Shown here: in pieces, positions 1 to 14,087 of the stretch
Position numbering within the stretch: the first letter of the stretch is position 1
Layout of the letters: each line of letters opens with the position of its first letter
Assembly: GCF_006345805.1 (NCBI RefSeq)
Contig: NC_043013.1
Location: 20,832,001 to 20,896,000 of the forward strand
Direction of reading: 5' to 3'
Origin: Octopus sinensis
Taxonomy: Eukaryota
Length of the DNA: 64,000 nucleotides
Program-made: the position numbers and the translations under genes
The notes under the pieces: model-generated
What the model was told of the DNA's origin: nothing
What the model saw: the letters and a program-made list of their open reading frames with translations, nothing else
Databases searched by the model: none

Positions 1-270
1 AGAATCTTTTCCTTCTATTTTTCATAAGCGTAAACCTAATATACATTTTCTTTTTAATTTTTACTACATTTTCTTGTTGTTTTTTGGGGTGGGGGTGAGT
101 TATAACTTTGGTACAATACTTTTTTTTAATCCTAGTACCCTAGTACTTGCTCTACAGTATCTTCTGGCTGTACCATGAGATTACGGTGCGTAAACAAATG
201 AATGGCTATGAAGTCATATCGGGAGATATACACAAACATACGTGCGTGTGTGTGTGTGTGTGTGTTGTTG

Positions 271-430
271 ACGATGGGCGTCTTTCAGTTTCCGCCTACC
301 AAATCCGCTCACAAAGCATTGATCAGTCGGGGCTATACATTCCCAAGTAGAAAATCGTTTATGCGCCAAGCAGAGGAATTTGGAACCAAGACTACATGGT
401 TAAGAAGCAAGACCCCACCACTCAGCCACA
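271..430 (-). mobile_element. SINE family A, degenerate 5' half
   Basis: CTTTCAGTTTCCG.CTACCAAATCC.CTCACAA block. Confidence 0.6.
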
Positions 431-2143
431 TCTGCCCCATTACCACACCTGATAGCTATATCATACGTGAAAAAGAGAGATAAATAACTGGTGGGCAATG
501 CTTCACATCCAGTGATAACGCCACAGTGAATGTAGTTCACTAATAAAAACAGTAAAATATTCCAATGGGTGACAACTTCAAAAGAAGCTACGTCCGCCCA
601 CTTACAATGAAGACCTGAAAGATCAGTCTGTGAGCGAATAAGATATGTAATCTATAATTGTTAAACAAATAATTTATTTTTGTTTCGCCTATGGTTCTTC
701 GGGACCAAAATAATATTTAGACAAGTTAACTTATAATTGATAGCAAGAAAGAAAACGGGGAAGTTTAATATAATTTTCAAAGGCATGTACAGCCTTAGTC
801 TCGCACTAATATTTTTGTTGCTAGTTCAGTATTTCCTGAAGGTTTTCATTATTCGATGATTAAATACTTTAAACTCTGTCATCGGCTTTTTTTTAAACCT
901 GTTCCTCGGCGGATATTCATATTTTTGACACTCGGGGTTGGTTTTGCAGAAGATACTTAGAAAATTTCATTCAGTGTGAAAAGTACTAGAGACTTCTGAA
1001 AATATTCCCAGAGAACTTGACATATCTGTAATGACCTTTCTTACCATTTAGTCTATAATCCTTCATTTCTTAAGGCGGCCCTCTTAAACTGGTGGAAAGT
1101 AGAAAGGAGAGAGGGATGGAACAAAGACGTTAACTTAACTGGACTACTTGCAGTATAGTGAACTAAAAATGCCCGATGTTGGTGGTGGCGGCAGTGGTGT
1201 TGAAAGGAGTGAAGGATTAAGGCACTCTACTCTAGCAATAAGAGCTAAAAGAAATGGGACAAAACTACAAAATATTTAGTCCCGACATCCCAAAAAGTTT
1301 GTGAATTCATTTCTCTTTACTAGCATTAAGGGATGAGTTAAAGTTGACCTTGACGGGATTTGGATTTAAACAGATTTCAGGTGCAAATTCAGCCATACAG
1401 TTTGTCATACACTCTAACCATGCTGCCAGTTCAGTGGTTTTCAGACATTCGTTCAGTCTACTTATTGTAACTGGGAAAACTATGAGACCTGCTAATAAAA
1501 TATTGATTGTTTACTTAGATTTAAGTTCGTTTTTGTAGCGTTACAATGTAGTAACGAGCTGTGAAACACTCAACTCGGTAACTGCTTCATTGAATTGCAC
1601 TTCTTTCCGTAATTAACTTTCATGATAAACACTGGATCGGGTTGAACTGAATTCCCTTACAAATACTTCAAAACGTCGAAGTGTCTTCTGTAGGTGGCTG
1701 CTACAACCTGATGAAATCACAAAACTGACCAAATATAGTTGAAGAATATCGTGAATATTTAATAACAACTAGAAGTGGAGTTGTGATACTCCATTTTCCC
1801 TGAGCTTAAAGACAATTTTCGTCGAGAAAGATCTAAGTAATCGAATGAGGTATTATTTAATTTATTGAGATGAGAATGGACTTAATGAAGTCTAGCCAGA
1901 CGAAATGTCTAATTAGAAATTCAGAAGTGCGAAAGAGAATATTCCAGGTAATTAGTACGGCGCCTCGGAGTTTCTTCGAAATAACATGTTGAACATTTTA
2001 TAGTTGTTACCTTTGTATTTAAATTAGCTAAGTAAAACACATTCATACAAGATGTATTACACTGAGCGTATTCTTGTTAAAATATCGTTAAACAAGTTTC
2101 AGTTTTCGAGGAGAGTGACGTTTGGATATAATTACGGAATTAA

Positions 2144-2197
<54 letters not shown>

Positions 2198-2258
2198 TAA
2201 TAATAATGATGATGATGATAATAATAATAATAATAATAATATAATAATAATAATAATA

Positions 2259-2291
<33 letters not shown>

Positions 2292-2293
2292 TG

Positions 2294-2375
<82 letters not shown>

Positions 2376-2401
2376 TGATAATGATAATAATAATAATAAT
2401 A

Positions 2402-2454
<53 letters not shown>
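2144..2454 (+). repeat. (TAA)n microsatellite, 5' flank of Dong-like element 1
   Basis: ~310 bp of AAT repeats with occasional GAT units, running directly into CTAAGCAACTGG (L-S-N-W). Confidence 0.97.
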
Positions 2455-2455
<1 letters not shown>

Positions 2456-4729
2456 TAAGCAACTGGAAGGCACCTGGGCATGACAAGATCCCCAACTTCT
2501 GGTTGAAATATCTAACAGAAATGCACAAAAAGCTGACTGAAAACTTTAACAGCATACTAGCAGAGCCAGAGACAATGCCTGAATGGCTCACGAAGGGGAA
2601 AACCATCTTAATTCCCAAATCAAATGAAACAACAAAACCAGAAAACTACAGACCAATAACCTGCCTCCCTACTATGTTCAAGGCATTTACTGCAGTGATA
2701 TCGCAAAGGCTGAACAAGCACCTGGATGAAAACAAACTGTTCCCAGAAGAGCAGAAAGGATGCCGCAAGGGCTCATATGGCTGTAAAGATCAACTAATGA
2801 TTAATAAAGCCGTAACTGAAGACAGCCACAGAAAGAAGAAAGGCCTCAGTATGGCCTGGATTGACTACAAAAAGGCGTTTGATAGCATCCCCCACACATG
2901 GATCTTCGAAACACTAGCCATTAACAAAGTAGCACCAACAATCATAAAATTCATAGAGCACTCTATGAATAAATGGCAAACAGTCCTACACCTCCAAACA
3001 AAAGAGGGACTCATGAAAACCAAAGACATCCCCATTAGAAGAGGAATATTCCAGGGAGACACGCTCTCTCCACTCTTTTTTTGCTTGGCACTGTCACCTC
3101 TATCTGATATGCTAAATAGAACTGGATGCGGATATAAATGTTACGGCAAAACGATCAGCCACCTTTTATATGGATGACCTAAAACTATACGCTGCAAATG
3201 ACAAACAGCTGGAAACACTATTAAAGACAGTTCATGGATTTACCAAAGAAATAGATATGAAATTTGGATTAGAAAAATGCGCCAAAGTAACCATGAAAAG
3301 AGGAAAACTAGTTAAGAGTAACAACATCACCCTAGATAAAACCAATGAAATAAAAGAATTAGACCAAAGCCAAACTTACAAATTTCTTAGGAATCCATGA
3401 ACTAGATAAGACACAACACACACAAATGAAAGAGAAAATAAAAAAAGAATATTATAGACGAGTTAGATCAATACTAAAAACAGAGCTCAATGCTAAAAAC
3501 AAGATAATTGGTATCAACACTTTAGCTGTCCCAGTTATAAGTTACAGCTACAATATCCTTAACTGGACACGAAATGAACTGTCCAAAATAGATAGGAAAA
3601 CAAGAAAAATACTGACAGGATCTAGGATGCATCACCCAAAATCTGACATAGAAAGACTATATATACAACGTATAGAAGGTGGTAGAGGCCTTATACAGCT
3701 GGAAAACTACTATAAAATAACCACCATAGGACTGCAAAAATACCTACTTCAGAAGGAAGGAAAACTGATCCATATAGCAGCAAAACACGAGCAAAACAAA
3801 AAACTGTTCTCAGTATTTAAGGAAGCTGACAAATACAAACAAGAAATCATACCACCTAATAAACACAAAGAAGAAGAAGAAGAAGATGATGAAGAAACAA
3901 CAAAAGCTATAAAACAAATGAAATCCAAACTAAAAATAGAACAGCAACGAGCCATGATAAAACGATGGCAAGAAAAACCCCTTCATGGTAAATACTGCAC
4001 TAAACTAAACGCAAAAGAAATAGACAAAGAAAAATCCCAGCAATGGTTGAGAAGCTCAGGACTCAAAGCAAAACAGAGGGATTTTTAATTGCAGCACAAG
4101 ACCAAAGCCTCCCCACCAGAAATTACCAAAAACATGTAATGAAAAGAAATATTACAAGTAACTGCAGAATATGTGGAGATGGACAAGAAACAATAAATCA
4201 TATTATCTCTAGCTGCCCAGTCCTGGCTAAGAAGGAATATATTCACAGACATGACAGAGTTGGAACCTATATACATTGGAAGCTATGCCAACATTATGGA
4301 ATAACAACAGAAAAAAGATGGTATAGGCACACACCAGAAAAGGTCACAGAAAACGAGAAAGCAACCATACTCTGGGATATGCCGATACACACAGATAGAG
4401 AAATTAAGGCCAACAGACCAGATATAGTTGTCAGAGATCATGAAGAAAAAAATGCTTTCTAATTGATGTATCAATACCGGCAGATGACAACGTGTCTCTA
4501 AGAAATGGAGAAACTCTCAAAATACAAAGACCTGGAAATAGAGGTAACTAGTATGTGGAACCTGAAAACAGAAACAATTCCTATCATAGTAGGTGCATTA
4601 GGCATGATAAAAAAATTTTCAGACAAATACATAACAAAAACACTAGGACTTACAAACACATATAACATACAGAAAATTGCACTACTAGGCACTGCACACA
4701 TCCTACGCAGAACACTTTCCATACAATAA
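2455..4729 (+). pseudogene. RT-CCHC-RLE ORF of element 1, split by five frameshifts (~760 aa when joined)
   Basis: ORF-track pieces 2503-3177, 3170-3400, 3426-4088, 4043-4462 and 4505-4729 join into one colinear protein; breaks at ~3170, ~3390, ~4070, ~4450, ~4500. Confidence 0.9.
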
Positions 4730-4823
4730 CCATCAGAGCATCACAACCAATCACAGCACATACCCAAGGCACACAGAGCTGCGCTCGGTAGTGAAGTGAA
4801 AGCACGCTATAAAAATAAAACTA

Positions 4824-4826
<3 letters not shown>
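2455..4826 (+). mobile_element. 5'-truncated R4/Dong-like RLE non-LTR retrotransposon, copy 1
   Basis: Starts at WKAPGHDKIPNFW (RT N-terminal motif); RT motifs WIDYKKAFDSIPH, GIFQGDTLSP, LYMDD; CCHC CRICGDGQETINHIISSC; RHD; RPD...IDVSIP...EKLSKYKDL RLE; ~97-nt 3' UTR; (TAA)n on both sides. Confidence 0.93.
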
Positions 4827-4878
<52 letters not shown>

Positions 4879-4896
4879 TAATAATATAATAATAAT
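4827..4896 (+). repeat. (AAT)n tail / 3' target tract of element 1
   Basis: AAT repeats immediately after ...AAAACTACTG. Confidence 0.95.
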
Positions 4897-5271
4897 CTCA
4901 CGTATTGAGAAGAGCATTGTCGATGTGAGAACTGTTGCTGCTCATGTATTTTAATTTAACTTAAAAAAAAAAAAAACACTAACGAACTACTGAGTTTGGT
5001 TTTATGGCCTACCAATAAATACTATGAGTTTCTTTGCCCTAGGAGTCGGGAAGACACTCGGCAAGAAATGGAAGCAAATTTGAAAGAAGAAAAAAAAAAG
5101 TAATAATAATAATAATAATAAAGACTACAAAATCAGCACACCTACTTACTGGTTCTAGCATCATCCTGAGCCAGTCTCTGGAGGTAAAAATGTTACTATC
5201 CTCTAGGATTTTCTAGTCAACACCGAAAGAACGAGGCAGTGTAATCGACCAGACGTAGGCTTTTATTTCAC

Positions 5272-5351
<80 letters not shown>

Positions 5352-5363
5352 TAATAATAATAA

Positions 5364-5446
<83 letters not shown>

Positions 5447-5457
5447 TAATAATAATA

Positions 5458-5790
5458 ATCCTTTCTACTATAGGCACAAGGCCTGAAATATGGGGGAGGA
5501 GATTAGTCAATTACATCGACCCCAGTGCGCAACTGGTTGTTATTTCATCAACCCCGAAAGACTGAACAGCATAGTCAACCTCGATGGCAATTGAACTGGG
5601 AACGTAAAGACAAACGTAACGCCGCAAAGCCTGACATACTGACGGAGGACGCTAGTCGATAACATTGACTTCAGTATATGACTGGTACTTATTTCATCCA
5701 CCTCGAAAGAATAAAAGGCAAAGTCGACCTCGGCAGAATCTGAACTCTGAACGTAATGACGGACAAAACACCACTAATCACTTTGACCGG
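5458..5790 (-). mobile_element. Two tandem SINE family B copies ((ATT)n tail; GCCTTTCATCCTTTCGGGGTCGATAAAATAAGTACC core, Deu/Nin-domain-like)
   Basis: B-box GAGTTCAAATTC plus core; tail GTGCCTATAGTAGAAAGG-(ATT)n = tract 5273-5459; domain naming is from memory and unverified. Confidence 0.75.
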
Positions 5791-6310
5791 CTTGGAAATG
5801 GTTCTGTCATAGAAACGATAATATTGAATAATGCTAATATTTGAAACCTCCTGAGACATACCTTCTAACAGACTGGAACTTTCAGTCAGACAGATCATTG
5901 AGCTATGAAATTAGAAGTAGATGAGAGACTGGAATAATTTTCGGAATTTGATTACAATAAAGCTAATCATTGTCAAGTTAGAGAAGGGAATCTACCTGAA
6001 ATGTTGATTAATTTTCTTTTACTTTGCAGTAATCACATTTAGATCTCCTTTTAAATAGTTGGGTGCCAACACAGGCTCGTATGATTTTCCTAACTTTTTT
6101 GAACACTTTACGTGAGGAAAAAATGATGAAATAATCACTGACACTGCAGGTTTTAATTCTATCTTTATTCATAGTTTCACGGTATCCTGATTTTCTGCAT
6201 TGATTGTGTGTTCTTCCTCGAATTCTATGATCAATGTACCCATTGTGGAACCTTTCTTGAATTATCTCAAACAGAACAGCTTTCGCCGAGTAAGTAAGCG
6301 TGTGTTTGTA

Positions 6311-6352
<42 letters not shown>

Positions 6353-6886
6353 ATATATATATACATATGTATGTATCACTCCATATACAAATAGTACGAT
6401 GTTTAATGCTTCCATCTTGGAAGTTTAAATTAATTTGAAATGCAGACTTATAGAATCGAACTATATTCTGTCTCAAATGGTGCATTTTAATACCTGTCAC
6501 ATCATTGGTTACGGCACGGTGAGATGGTGGAGTAAGAGATTAAATGGGCCATGGTATATCATTGGCGTAATATCGATTTAAATTATCCATAAATAGCAAA
6601 ATGATATCGATATAGCAATGCAGGAATTGCGATGATATAACATTTATATCTGTTTGACATAAACTCTGCAAATAGGAAAGACAATTCTAAGTGACAGATC
6701 GAAATAAGAGAGGAAGTAGTAGATACCTGAAATGTATGTAATATATGATTATAATTGTAACCGACATACGCATACAAGGCTTGGAGAAATGAAAGGAGAA
6801 GCTATTTAGAAATCAAAAGTATACACAGTCCTTGTGAAATGTAGAAGATATATGGTTAACATATTGATAAACGTGAGTCACACACA

Positions 6887-6934
<48 letters not shown>

Positions 6935-6944
6935 TGTTTGTTTC

Positions 6945-7214
6945 TTCTCAAGCCATGCCTGGCTCATAGGGCCGGTTTCCCGGTTTCCTTGGCCTATAGG
7001 TTCCCCACCTGGACGGGACGACTGTCCGTCGCAGGTGAGCTGCTAGAATCAGGAGGAAAGACTGAGAGAAAGTTGTGGCGAAAGAGTCAGCAGAAATTCG
7101 CCATTACCTTCTGCTTAGGTGTTTCGATCATAAACACACACATCGCCAGATCTGAGATTCGAACCCACGATTCCTCGACCGCGATTCCGAAGCTCTAACA
7201 ACTAAGCCATGTTC

Positions 7215-7215
<1 letters not shown>
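6945..7215 (-). mobile_element. SINE with family D body, tail type X
   Basis: GAGAGAAAGTTGTGGCGAAAGAG body; GGTTCGAATCTC B box; unique tail. Confidence 0.75.
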
Positions 7216-7297
<82 letters not shown>

Positions 7298-7663
7298 TAT
7301 ATGTTTTATTAATGGGATCTTTTTAATTATTTCATTAATTGAAATTAATGAGTGACATATCTCCATAAATAGATATGGCCTTGAGGACTAATCTACAACT
7401 TGGAAACTGATGGCTTCGGTCATAAATGAGAAACTTAGATCACACTTAATTTGGTATTTTGTTATATTTACTGCAGCTTCACTGAAGATTGAAGTCAACA
7501 TTTTGTTATAAACTAAATTAACCACAGACAGATCAAATATGAGACTATGGAAAGAACCTTTTGTCACACGCGTGTGTCTGTATGCGTATATATATATATC
7601 TATATATATCACTCCATACACAAATATATACATATAACATGTATATCACACACACACATACAC

Positions 7664-7729
<66 letters not shown>

Positions 7730-7769
7730 AAACTTATATTTTAGCCTTTTCAAAGATAGAGGAAGTATT

Positions 7770-8460
7770 TTGTGACCTCTTTTATGTAGATGGCGTTGCT
7801 AGCAGTAAATAGGGATTTAGGATTTGTTGCGAAGTTCAAGGTTATGTAATTTAATGCTTCAAGTCAACTAACTTCTCGGTTTGCGGACAATGAGAGATGT
7901 GTCAAATAATCCAAACTAGCAAGTATTACTAGTAGTGATAGGAGAAAAGAAAGTGCCCGAAAGGTTGGAATTGCAAGGCAGGAGCTATATTCCATATCAT
8001 GAACTTCAAGGAACATTAGCACTTCAACAAAATATTTACGTTTCTACTACAATAGTTCTGCTAACAGTTCTACACAGCAGCGGAACATGGAGAGACAAGA
8101 AAAGGTGACCTAGAAGCTGGTATCACATATCATCAGTAATGGCTATAGAAGATACTTACATTTTTCTAAAAAAATCAGTATCAAAATTGAAAGAAGTCTT
8201 CCATAACTCAAAGTCTTGCCACCATAGAATATTGTGGCACTGCATCTGTTTTGCTTAGTGAAATATATTTTTCTCATGCCACGCACCCTGCGCCGCCAGT
8301 TATGAGAATACTGCGAGAATTAAAAGAGAAAAAATGGCCGGCTGAAAAATATGTTATCGAATATTTGATGAAGAACACAAATGCACAAGAACTAGTTCTG
8401 CAGGAGAAGAGTGCACCAGTTGATCATATAAGTAGAAGCTTCTGCAATGGGTGTTTACAA
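7770..8460 (+). mobile_element. Ancient RTE-like RT relic
   Basis: DLFYVDGV (YADD-like), TIVLLTVLHSSGTW (VLPTLLYGSETW-like), YHQ*WL*KIL (FHQRCLRKIL-like) in the expected order. Confidence 0.42.
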
Positions 8461-10380
8461 AAATAGAATACCTAAAACTTTATGCACACCTATATACAAA
8501 AACATTTCTTTTTGTAGTCCAAGGAAATGGCGCATCTGTTGTTCTTAGATTCAAACTGATCAAATACAGATTTTGGTTGACGTCATCAGATCATGAGGTC
8601 AATAGGTCATGAACCCCACACTATTGTTTGCACTGCATGTCTTGTTATAGCGGCGACTTCTTACTAGATATATATTTATAATAAATGAGATTTAGATTTG
8701 AATGCATATTATGTTTTGTTGATTCCCAGGTGGTTCAGTAATCTTTTAAGTAGAGAAACTAAATTCTTACAAACTAATTGAAATGCAGATTAAATATAAC
8801 TTTCCAAGAAACTTGAGTTTGGAACGAGTCTATAGACTTTTATTGTTGGTGTTTCCTAGTAACTAAACACGAAATTTAATAGTGTTCAGCCATTTGAAAA
8901 TCCACAGCATAACCAGACGAGTTAAGTTTGTTCTTAATATTTTCTATGAAATATTTTATCTTAGCAGCTATACCATAAATAAATGAAAGAAAAAAATGTA
9001 GTAATAGAACGTTTTCAAACTAATTCATTTTTCGATCAAAATATTTTGGTTCCGTCTAATTCTTTGCTTGCCATTCTTATAAAATTTGCAGAAAACTTAA
9101 AAGCATTAAGTAAATGAACGTTAAGAAAGTATAAGATAGAGCTTTGTGATGGGAAATGCCGATAGTTCCATAAAAACGTTATAAATTCGTTTTGATGGTT
9201 GAACTTATTATTAAAATAATAAGAGAGTAGCTTCTTAATGGTTTGATAGTAAAGCTAGCGCTCTTTTGATAGCGTTTATTTACATCGATAATACCAAATA
9301 AATTCTCTCTTCATGAAGTCAACTTCATCAACAGCGATAAATAAATAGCTAATTCACTTTCACATTGATTTCTCTACCTTTAGGAATAGAGAGGAATGAG
9401 AATATGTGTGGCTCACGTTTTGCATTAACAACATAGGAGAAGGGAATCAGTATCAACACGAACCATAAACGATGCATGAATTTGGCTGGAAGGAGCAGGT
9501 TCTTAAAGAAAATCGATTAACGCCAAATCAATTTTTTGACATGACCTGAGGTAGATTTCTGCCAGACTGTGTTACGGTTTATTGAATTTATCCTCGTGTA
9601 TTCCTGGTACTAAAATTATCCTCCAAGTATATTACTGGTACTAACATTATCGTCCTGACGATAGAGATAGAAAGGAGTGGGTGTGGTAAAGAGTGAGTTG
9701 TAAAGGAAATGTGAAGGCGGTAGCTTAGTGGTTAGAGTGTTCGGCTCACGAACGTAAGGTTATGAGTTCGATTCCCGACGGTACGTTGCTGCAGTCCACT
9801 CAGCTGACAAATACGAGTTGTACCTCTGTTTCAAAGGAATTACAGATTCATAAATGTTGATAATAAGGACATCATGAATTCTATTTCTAGTAGATAAAAC
9901 AGTTAAGAAAATATTTACAAGAAGCAGCAGTTATTGTCAATAAGATGACCTATATCCATAAGAAAAACTACCGGATTTCAATTAATTAGATGTTATTCCT
10001 GTAGCGAAAGCGTGTGTAATATTCCCAATTCATGCAGTTCACAAAACATATTAGCAACAAAGGAACAGACTACAAAACATTCGTATAGGGTGAAAGAAGT
10101 GTATGTTTCAAACAAATACAATTGATTTATGAAATATGTCGAAATTGCTTTTACTTGTTCACCAATTTTTCATTTTATTTATAGAAAAGATTATTTCACA
10201 GTGTTGCTGGTAACAAATATGATTCAAATTTATTATCTTCATAAATAAACGCATTAATCTCAGTGCTTGTGTGACTATGTGTGTCGGAGCCTGCGTCAAA
10301 CACCTCTAAAACTCATTTGTAAGACTGTGTGTCTCTGACCTGCTGGGTAACAGAAATTCTTAATAGATACATTAATTATA

Positions 10381-10847
10381 GGCACAGGTGCAACTGTGTA
10401 GTAACGTGTTTGCTTACCAACCACATGGTTCTGGGTTCAGTCCCACAGTGTGTCACCTCGCACACATGTCTTCTACTGTAGACTTGGACCGACCAAAACC
10501 TTGTGAGTGGATTTGGAAGACGGGAACTGAAGGTAGCCCGTCGTGTATGTGTGTGTGTGTGTGTTGTGTGTGCGAATGTGTGTGTGTTGTGCGTGCGTGT
10601 GTGTTGTGCGTGCGTGTGTGTTGTGTGCATGTGTGTGTGTGTGTGTGTTCTCCACCACCGATTGACAACCGATCTCGCTGTGTATACGTCGCCGTAAATC
10701 AGCGGTTCGGCAAAAAGAAAACGATAAAACATGTACGAGACTTAAAAAATATGAAGAACTGGCGTCGATTCGGTCGATTAAAATTCTTCAACGTAGTGCC
10801 CCAGCATGACCGCAGTCTAATAACTGAAATAAATAAACGATAAAAGA
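10381..10847 (+). mobile_element. tRNA-derived SINE family A (tRNA head, body, central (TG)n, 3' domain)
   Basis: B-box-like GGTTCAGTCCC; TTGTGAGTGGATTTGG body; TTGACAACCGAT...CCAGCATG.CCGCAGTC tail; many homologues in the window. Confidence 0.8.
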
Positions 10848-13800
10848 TAAATGGGATGGGAACCAGTGACCTCTATCGACATGTCAACTGTTATTGTAAC
10901 TATGTAGTCGTTTGATGTTAGCACCAAGATATGGTGAGATGGTAGCGGAGAATAAAATATTGTGCAAGGGAGTAATTGGTGGTGACACCTATTGTCGTCA
11001 TTGAATGTTTACTGAGACAGGTACCAGAGAACGGGAAGTGACTTCGAAGCTTTGGCCAGCTAAACTATCGCCGGTTTTCATGTATAAGAATAATGAATAT
11101 GCAAACACACACAAACAAACATATATATGTATTGTTGACGTCATTAAAAATATCAGAAACTTTGAGGCCGTCGAATAATTTTTCTTGGGAAGAGTGAATC
11201 TCGAAGCAAGTAAAGCTATAAGTAGTAGCTTGTAAATATTGGGTCAAAATGCATTTGAATAAAGAGAGACTTCGTTTTTTCTATCTAAAGACTTTTCAAC
11301 ACGATATTTACGCACTATTATAGCTTTATTTCTTTCGAGTTCATCGATACCAAAAAGCGTGTAAAGAATACGGAGTGTGGTATATCTTCAAACTTGTCTG
11401 TTAGTGTAACAGTTTTACAGCATAATTAGTTAGTTTAAATGATTGGCACGTGTTACTACTGCACAGAATATGGGCAACGGCGTATGCAACACACCATATT
11501 CTGCTGTGCACCTTCGTTCAGGGTCTATCTATAAGCGTAGTTCGAAGCGAACTGAGTTTATTTATTCCTGGCTAGCTGACTTCATTATTCTACTCTCATA
11601 TAGGTCTGTTTACGAACATATACACATGCATATAAAGATGGTGTATACACGTTTTATGTTTGTGTAAGTGATTGCTGCTTGTGTCTGTCAGTTTTTGGCA
11701 CCCAATATTATGTTTAGCCGTGAGAATGTGTGTAACAGTTTACAATGAGTCTGTAATGCAATTTCTTTATATTACTTAAAACATATTGTGATATTTAATC
11801 TTCATTCAAACTATAATGGAGAATATTTTAGAACAGATCTCTGGATCTCCGAACAAAAGGAGCATAAAAATTTAAGTTTTCTAGCATCTACGTGTGCGTA
11901 TGAGTGTGTGTGTAAGTGCGTGTATCTGTGTCTGTGTCTGCGTATCTCTGCGTGTATATAGAATATACGTAGGTGTGTCTGTATATGCACATACGTATAT
12001 ATGAAATTCGTGTGTGTGTGACGGCGTTGTTCTATGTGTACATAACTATTATATGCCTAAAGTAAGCAATTATTACTTAAAAGCAGAGGAAAGAACTCGC
12101 GGCAGCTGCTATTAAAAGCAGATGACTGAATACAAGTATTTTAGTAGGATTACATGTAATTATGCCGGTAAAACGAGATATAATATATGGACAAAAGAAG
12201 ACAAGATTCGCATTAAAATATCTTTATTATCTTCTTTTTATTACAGGCTAATGTGGAGTTGTTTTGCGTTTGTTTTTCGTACAAAAAAGAAACGCTATTT
12301 TCCTAAGAATATGCTTCACCGCACGTCCTTATCTTCTACATCTAAACGAAGTTAGTAAGATGAGTTCTGGGGACTTCTTAAATTCCTTTCACAAAAATCA
12401 TATTTCTTACTTGCCCACACACACAAACACACATATGAGCATATGTATATGTGTTAGTATATTTATACATATATAGCTATGTATGTATATATATATATAT
12501 ATATATATACGGTTGTATAATATTGTACGCTAATAAAGATTTATTCCAGATAAACCGAATAAAAATGGACACCAGATACACAAGTTTAAAATTTATTTGT
12601 AGAATTGTTTTAAAACATATTTATCAATAAATCTAAAAGAAATTTCAAGCATATACGGAAAAAAGAAATAGCATTTTTTCCATTCATTTTCACAATAAAA
12701 AATATCTGAAATTATTCAAGAGTGTGTAAAGTAACGTATATGGCCATATTTATGGCTATTTTGTCTTCTTCAAAGAAGAGCGAGAAACTAAATTCAGTGA
12801 CATTTGCCTAAGTTTAAAAGCGAGTTCAGTTCTGTAGTGGAGAAATAAACAGTTATATTCCACACGCAGTAAAGGTTTCGCTTTGTATCATTACTCCTTA
12901 CATATATAAACAACATCCTAATTGTATGTGTGTGAGTGCGCGCGCCCCTATGAGGTATTGATATATTACATATATGTGTAAATTAGGAGTGTATATATAT
13001 ATATATATATATATAACCTTGATAATACTAAAATTCTACGGACGTTGGTGTGTAACTGAAATATCTCAGAAATTGTATATTTTATCATTATTTTACATAT
13101 TTATTTCCATACTTACCTTTGGCAGCGCAGTAACAATTGAAACTCTATTTAAGCGACACTTTTGTTTGTTATTTCTTGAAAAATTACATGGCTTCCGTGA
13201 CGTCAGCACACATACACATATTCAGTATATACATACATATAATGAATTCCACGGCGCGTCAATCAACACAAACACACGTCCGCAATTTGTGACATATACA
13301 CACACATAGTCTTCGCGCTCACTTAAGAAGAAAACTGTCGACTTTTTGACGTACTCAATATTTTAATCGTTTAGAAATATTTTTAACTGAATGTGATTTC
13401 ATCATCTGGAGTTCGTTAATTTCCGTAAAAAAAAAATTATTTATTTACTTTTGTTTGAAAGTGAAAGAGAGAAGAAAGTGAAAGATGTATGCACGTGTAT
13501 ATGAAATGGACGTGTGTGAGTGAAAGAGTGAGAGGAAGAAAGAGAGGAGGAAAGGGAGAGAAGAAGAGAGAGAGTGAATGAAGGGTGATTGTCATGTATA
13601 CGTACATACATCAATACATATGCATGTATCATTTTCGTATGTATGTGCGCATGTGTGTGAGAGAGAGAGAGAGAGAGAGTGTGTGTGTGTGTGTGAGTGG
13701 GTGAACGCGTGTGTTCTCATCTATGTGTATGTGGCACACACACACACACGCATACTCCCCCCCATACACACACACACGTCCATTTCATATACACGTTCAT

Positions 13801-14087
13801 GTATCTTTCACTTTCTCCTCTCTTTCACTTTCAAGCAAACGTAACGGGTGATTTTCAGGATAAAAATTGTTTTAAAAGAACTCTTCTACTCATATAAATT
13901 GATTACTACTGTTTGAATAGTTCCAATTAAGTCCAGAAGTTAGGTTAAATATACATACATACTGTAAATTCCCATCCTACAAAATGGCGAACAATTCCGT
14001 AACTACTTTATCGACCAACATTGGGTAGTAAGTCTAGTATATATTATAAATACGTATATATCTTTTACACACACATATATATATATA

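Noticed and set aside
1704-1741. Hammerhead-like CAAC-CTGATGA-AATCA..TGACC-AAA-TATA-GTTG
   Set aside because: G12 is missing and stem II is broken; at most a dead relic
8575-8600. Other CTGATGA hits (8583 -, 36365 -, 51269 +, 51381 -, and CTGAAGA at 23157 +)
   Set aside because: No correctly placed GAAA or stems; expected by chance in 128 kb of strand sequence
13190-13330. CRE site plus a CpG-containing patch as a promoter
   Set aside because: A single 8-mer with no supporting transcript or gene evidence
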